From Setoptus koraiensis (Eukaryota; Animalia; Arthropoda), in the NCBI GenBank assembly GCA_048013815.1, contig CM106586.1, positions 24,056,001 to 24,120,000 on the forward strand: a stretch of 64,000 nt of DNA. Reading direction: 5' to 3'. The notes below the pieces were generated by a model that was given only the letters and a program-made list of their open reading frames with translations, was not told the DNA's origin and did no database searches. A program made the position numbers and the translations under genes. Positions within the stretch are counted from its first letter, which is position 1, and each line of letters starts with the position of its first letter. Shown in pieces: positions 62,403-64,000 of this stretch.

Positions 62403-63204
62403 TTTCTCTATTTGTATTCCTTCTTTATTTCTTTGATCCGGATGAATGTATATTTCTATAATTATAATAAGTATATTTATATGTAGATAAGATAATTGAG
62501 ATTATCTAAAGATAAATGACACATACTGACTTACGGACCAACTATGTATAGAAGACTGTTGAATGAACAGTAATAGACTTTTGACAACAACTCTGCGCTG
62601 ACTTCAGCACACAAAAGGCTGAACTTGGTTTTTGAGCGTATTTCGGCCGGTTTTGTGCAGGCGATCTAAATGTTGTGCAAAAGGTAAACTGAACTATCAC
62701 GGCACAAAATAATGTATTTGTGTTTTGTGCCGTTTATCTGCTGTAGGTCACGCACAGATGATCTTTGTGCCTTAGGACGAGTTTGCCTTCAAGAGTTTGA
62801 TTACACCCAGTATATACACTCACTGACTAAGCAGCGGGACAAAAACCAGCAGTCTGGTGCGCACACACATTCAGACCTTGATTTCTCCCCTCATTCTGTG
62901 TGTGTCGTGTAAAATATTAAATGTTGTTTCATCACTAAATTCTTCATAGAGAAGCATGCGCACCAAAAAGAATTGAGTTTTAAATCAAGGCGCCTTTTCA
63001 GCAGATCATGCGCAGAATGGCATTAGCAGGATCCGGGCAATGTGGCTTAAATCGTTCTGAACCGACCACGGCGTTAAGAAATCTTTTATATTAGTCTTCT
63101 TTAATTCTCTAGCCAATCACCAATTTCAATCATTAATATATTAATACCACTATACCATCAACTAACTTTATTAGACCAGATCGTCGTCTCAAAAATCTCA
63201 TATA

Positions 63205-63399
63205 ATGGATAAAATCACACTGGCTCGTGTAACAAAATTGTTAGGCCGTACAGGTTCCCAGGGACAATGTACCCAAGTTAAGGTGGAGTTCCTTGATGAC
63301 TCAAATCGATCTATCATTAGGAATGTAAAGGGGCCAGTAAGAGAGGGAGACATATTGACACTATTAGAGTCGGAGCGTGAGGCTAGGAGACTCAGATGA
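63205..63399 (+). CDS. RPS28: 40S ribosomal protein S28, intronless CDS
   Basis: [59 protein letters not shown]. Confidence 0.99.
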   Translation: MDKITLARVTKLLGRTGSQGQCTQVKVEFLDDSNRSIIRNVKGPVREGDILTLLESEREARRLR

Positions 63400-63538
63400 G
63401 GCCCTGATATAATAATCAATAAATGACTCCATTCAAGTGACTATTCGCCTCTACATATCCCACTCTTTATTCATTTAGGTAGTCTCTTATTCGTTTATTT
63501 TATAGTATTTATCTACTTTATTGTCTCATGTCCACTTA

Positions 63539-64000
63539 TCATGCGAATTTTCTAATCCTTTGGAAGATCCTATTCGCCAACCAAACTACTAGTGAAAACA
63601 ATTGTAAGGGATATTCGCTATGTGTATTTTTAGTGTAGATAAGAAATAGAAGGCAAAGTATGGGTGTTAGACGGGTGTTGATCAAGCCTGCTGTTTTTCT
63701 TCCAGACTAGTATTTCGGTTGGTCTTATGTTGATACTAACCCATTTCCAGATGGTTTGGCCTCGTTGCTACTGATTATGAAGAGGGGAAAGAACATGGAA
63801 AACATACAGCCGCTTGTAGCATAAGACTGTGGTATACTAGTTAACAGTGCAAGTGGCAATCCAAAGCCAAAAAAATAGGGCCAGTTGTTCTCAATAAAAT
63901 GAAGTCGACGATGGAGTTCCCATCCAATGTTGAACCATTTGTATTCAAATGAGTATAGTGAATATAGTAGACTTAAATGGAATAGACTAACAAATTGACC
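63539..64000 (-). CDS. EI24: EI24/tank autophagy-associated membrane protein, 3' part; exons 64000-63741 and 63617-63539
   Basis: Not in the ORF track. My translation [51 protein letters not shown]...[20 protein letters not shown], then a GTTAGT...CATAG intron, then [18 protein letters not shown]..stop, matches EI24. Confidence 0.93.

Noticed and set aside
1-64000. tRNA, rRNA, CRISPR arrays or prokaryotic defence systems
   Set aside because: None seen. The locus is eukaryotic and the tandem repeats lack unique spacers.

Overview
Eukaryotic genomic DNA from an intron-poor, gene-dense arthropod. A small acariform mite (eriophyoid-like) is my inference from the DUF4779-type protein, near-intronless conserved genes and tiny intergenic gaps; it is not a database result. 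Three zones. (1) 1-24.7 kb, tightly packed genes: a Lys-rich DUF4779-like protein, TAF6, NCBP2, p47/p37 (NSFL1C-like), a small secreted protein, NAA40, PSMD9, ITPA, BRF2-like and RAB3GAP1. A 7.7-kb non-autonomous Ty3/Gypsy-type LTR element (4-bp TSD, tRNA-iMet PBS, gag, deleted pol, decayed ORF3 region) sits between the divergent TAF6 and NCBP2 genes, and there is a 500-N gap. (2) 25.3-57.3 kb, a 32-kb microsatellite-rich stretch with no recognisable gene. (3) 57.4-64 kb: a KIND-domain-only Spire-like gene, an orphan membrane protein ending in a PDZ-ligand motif, ARFGAP2/3, RPS28 and the 3' end of EI24. Most notable: TAF6 carries an inverted copy of the p47 gene's upstream region plus its first 17 codons; several conserved genes appear to lack whole domains (RAB3GAP1 GAP domain, Spire WH2/FYVE, PSMD9 PDZ, p47 UBA, BRF2 Zn ribbon); NCBP2 runs in frame into a signal-peptide protein; and the LTR element carries duplicated PBS-like boxes.
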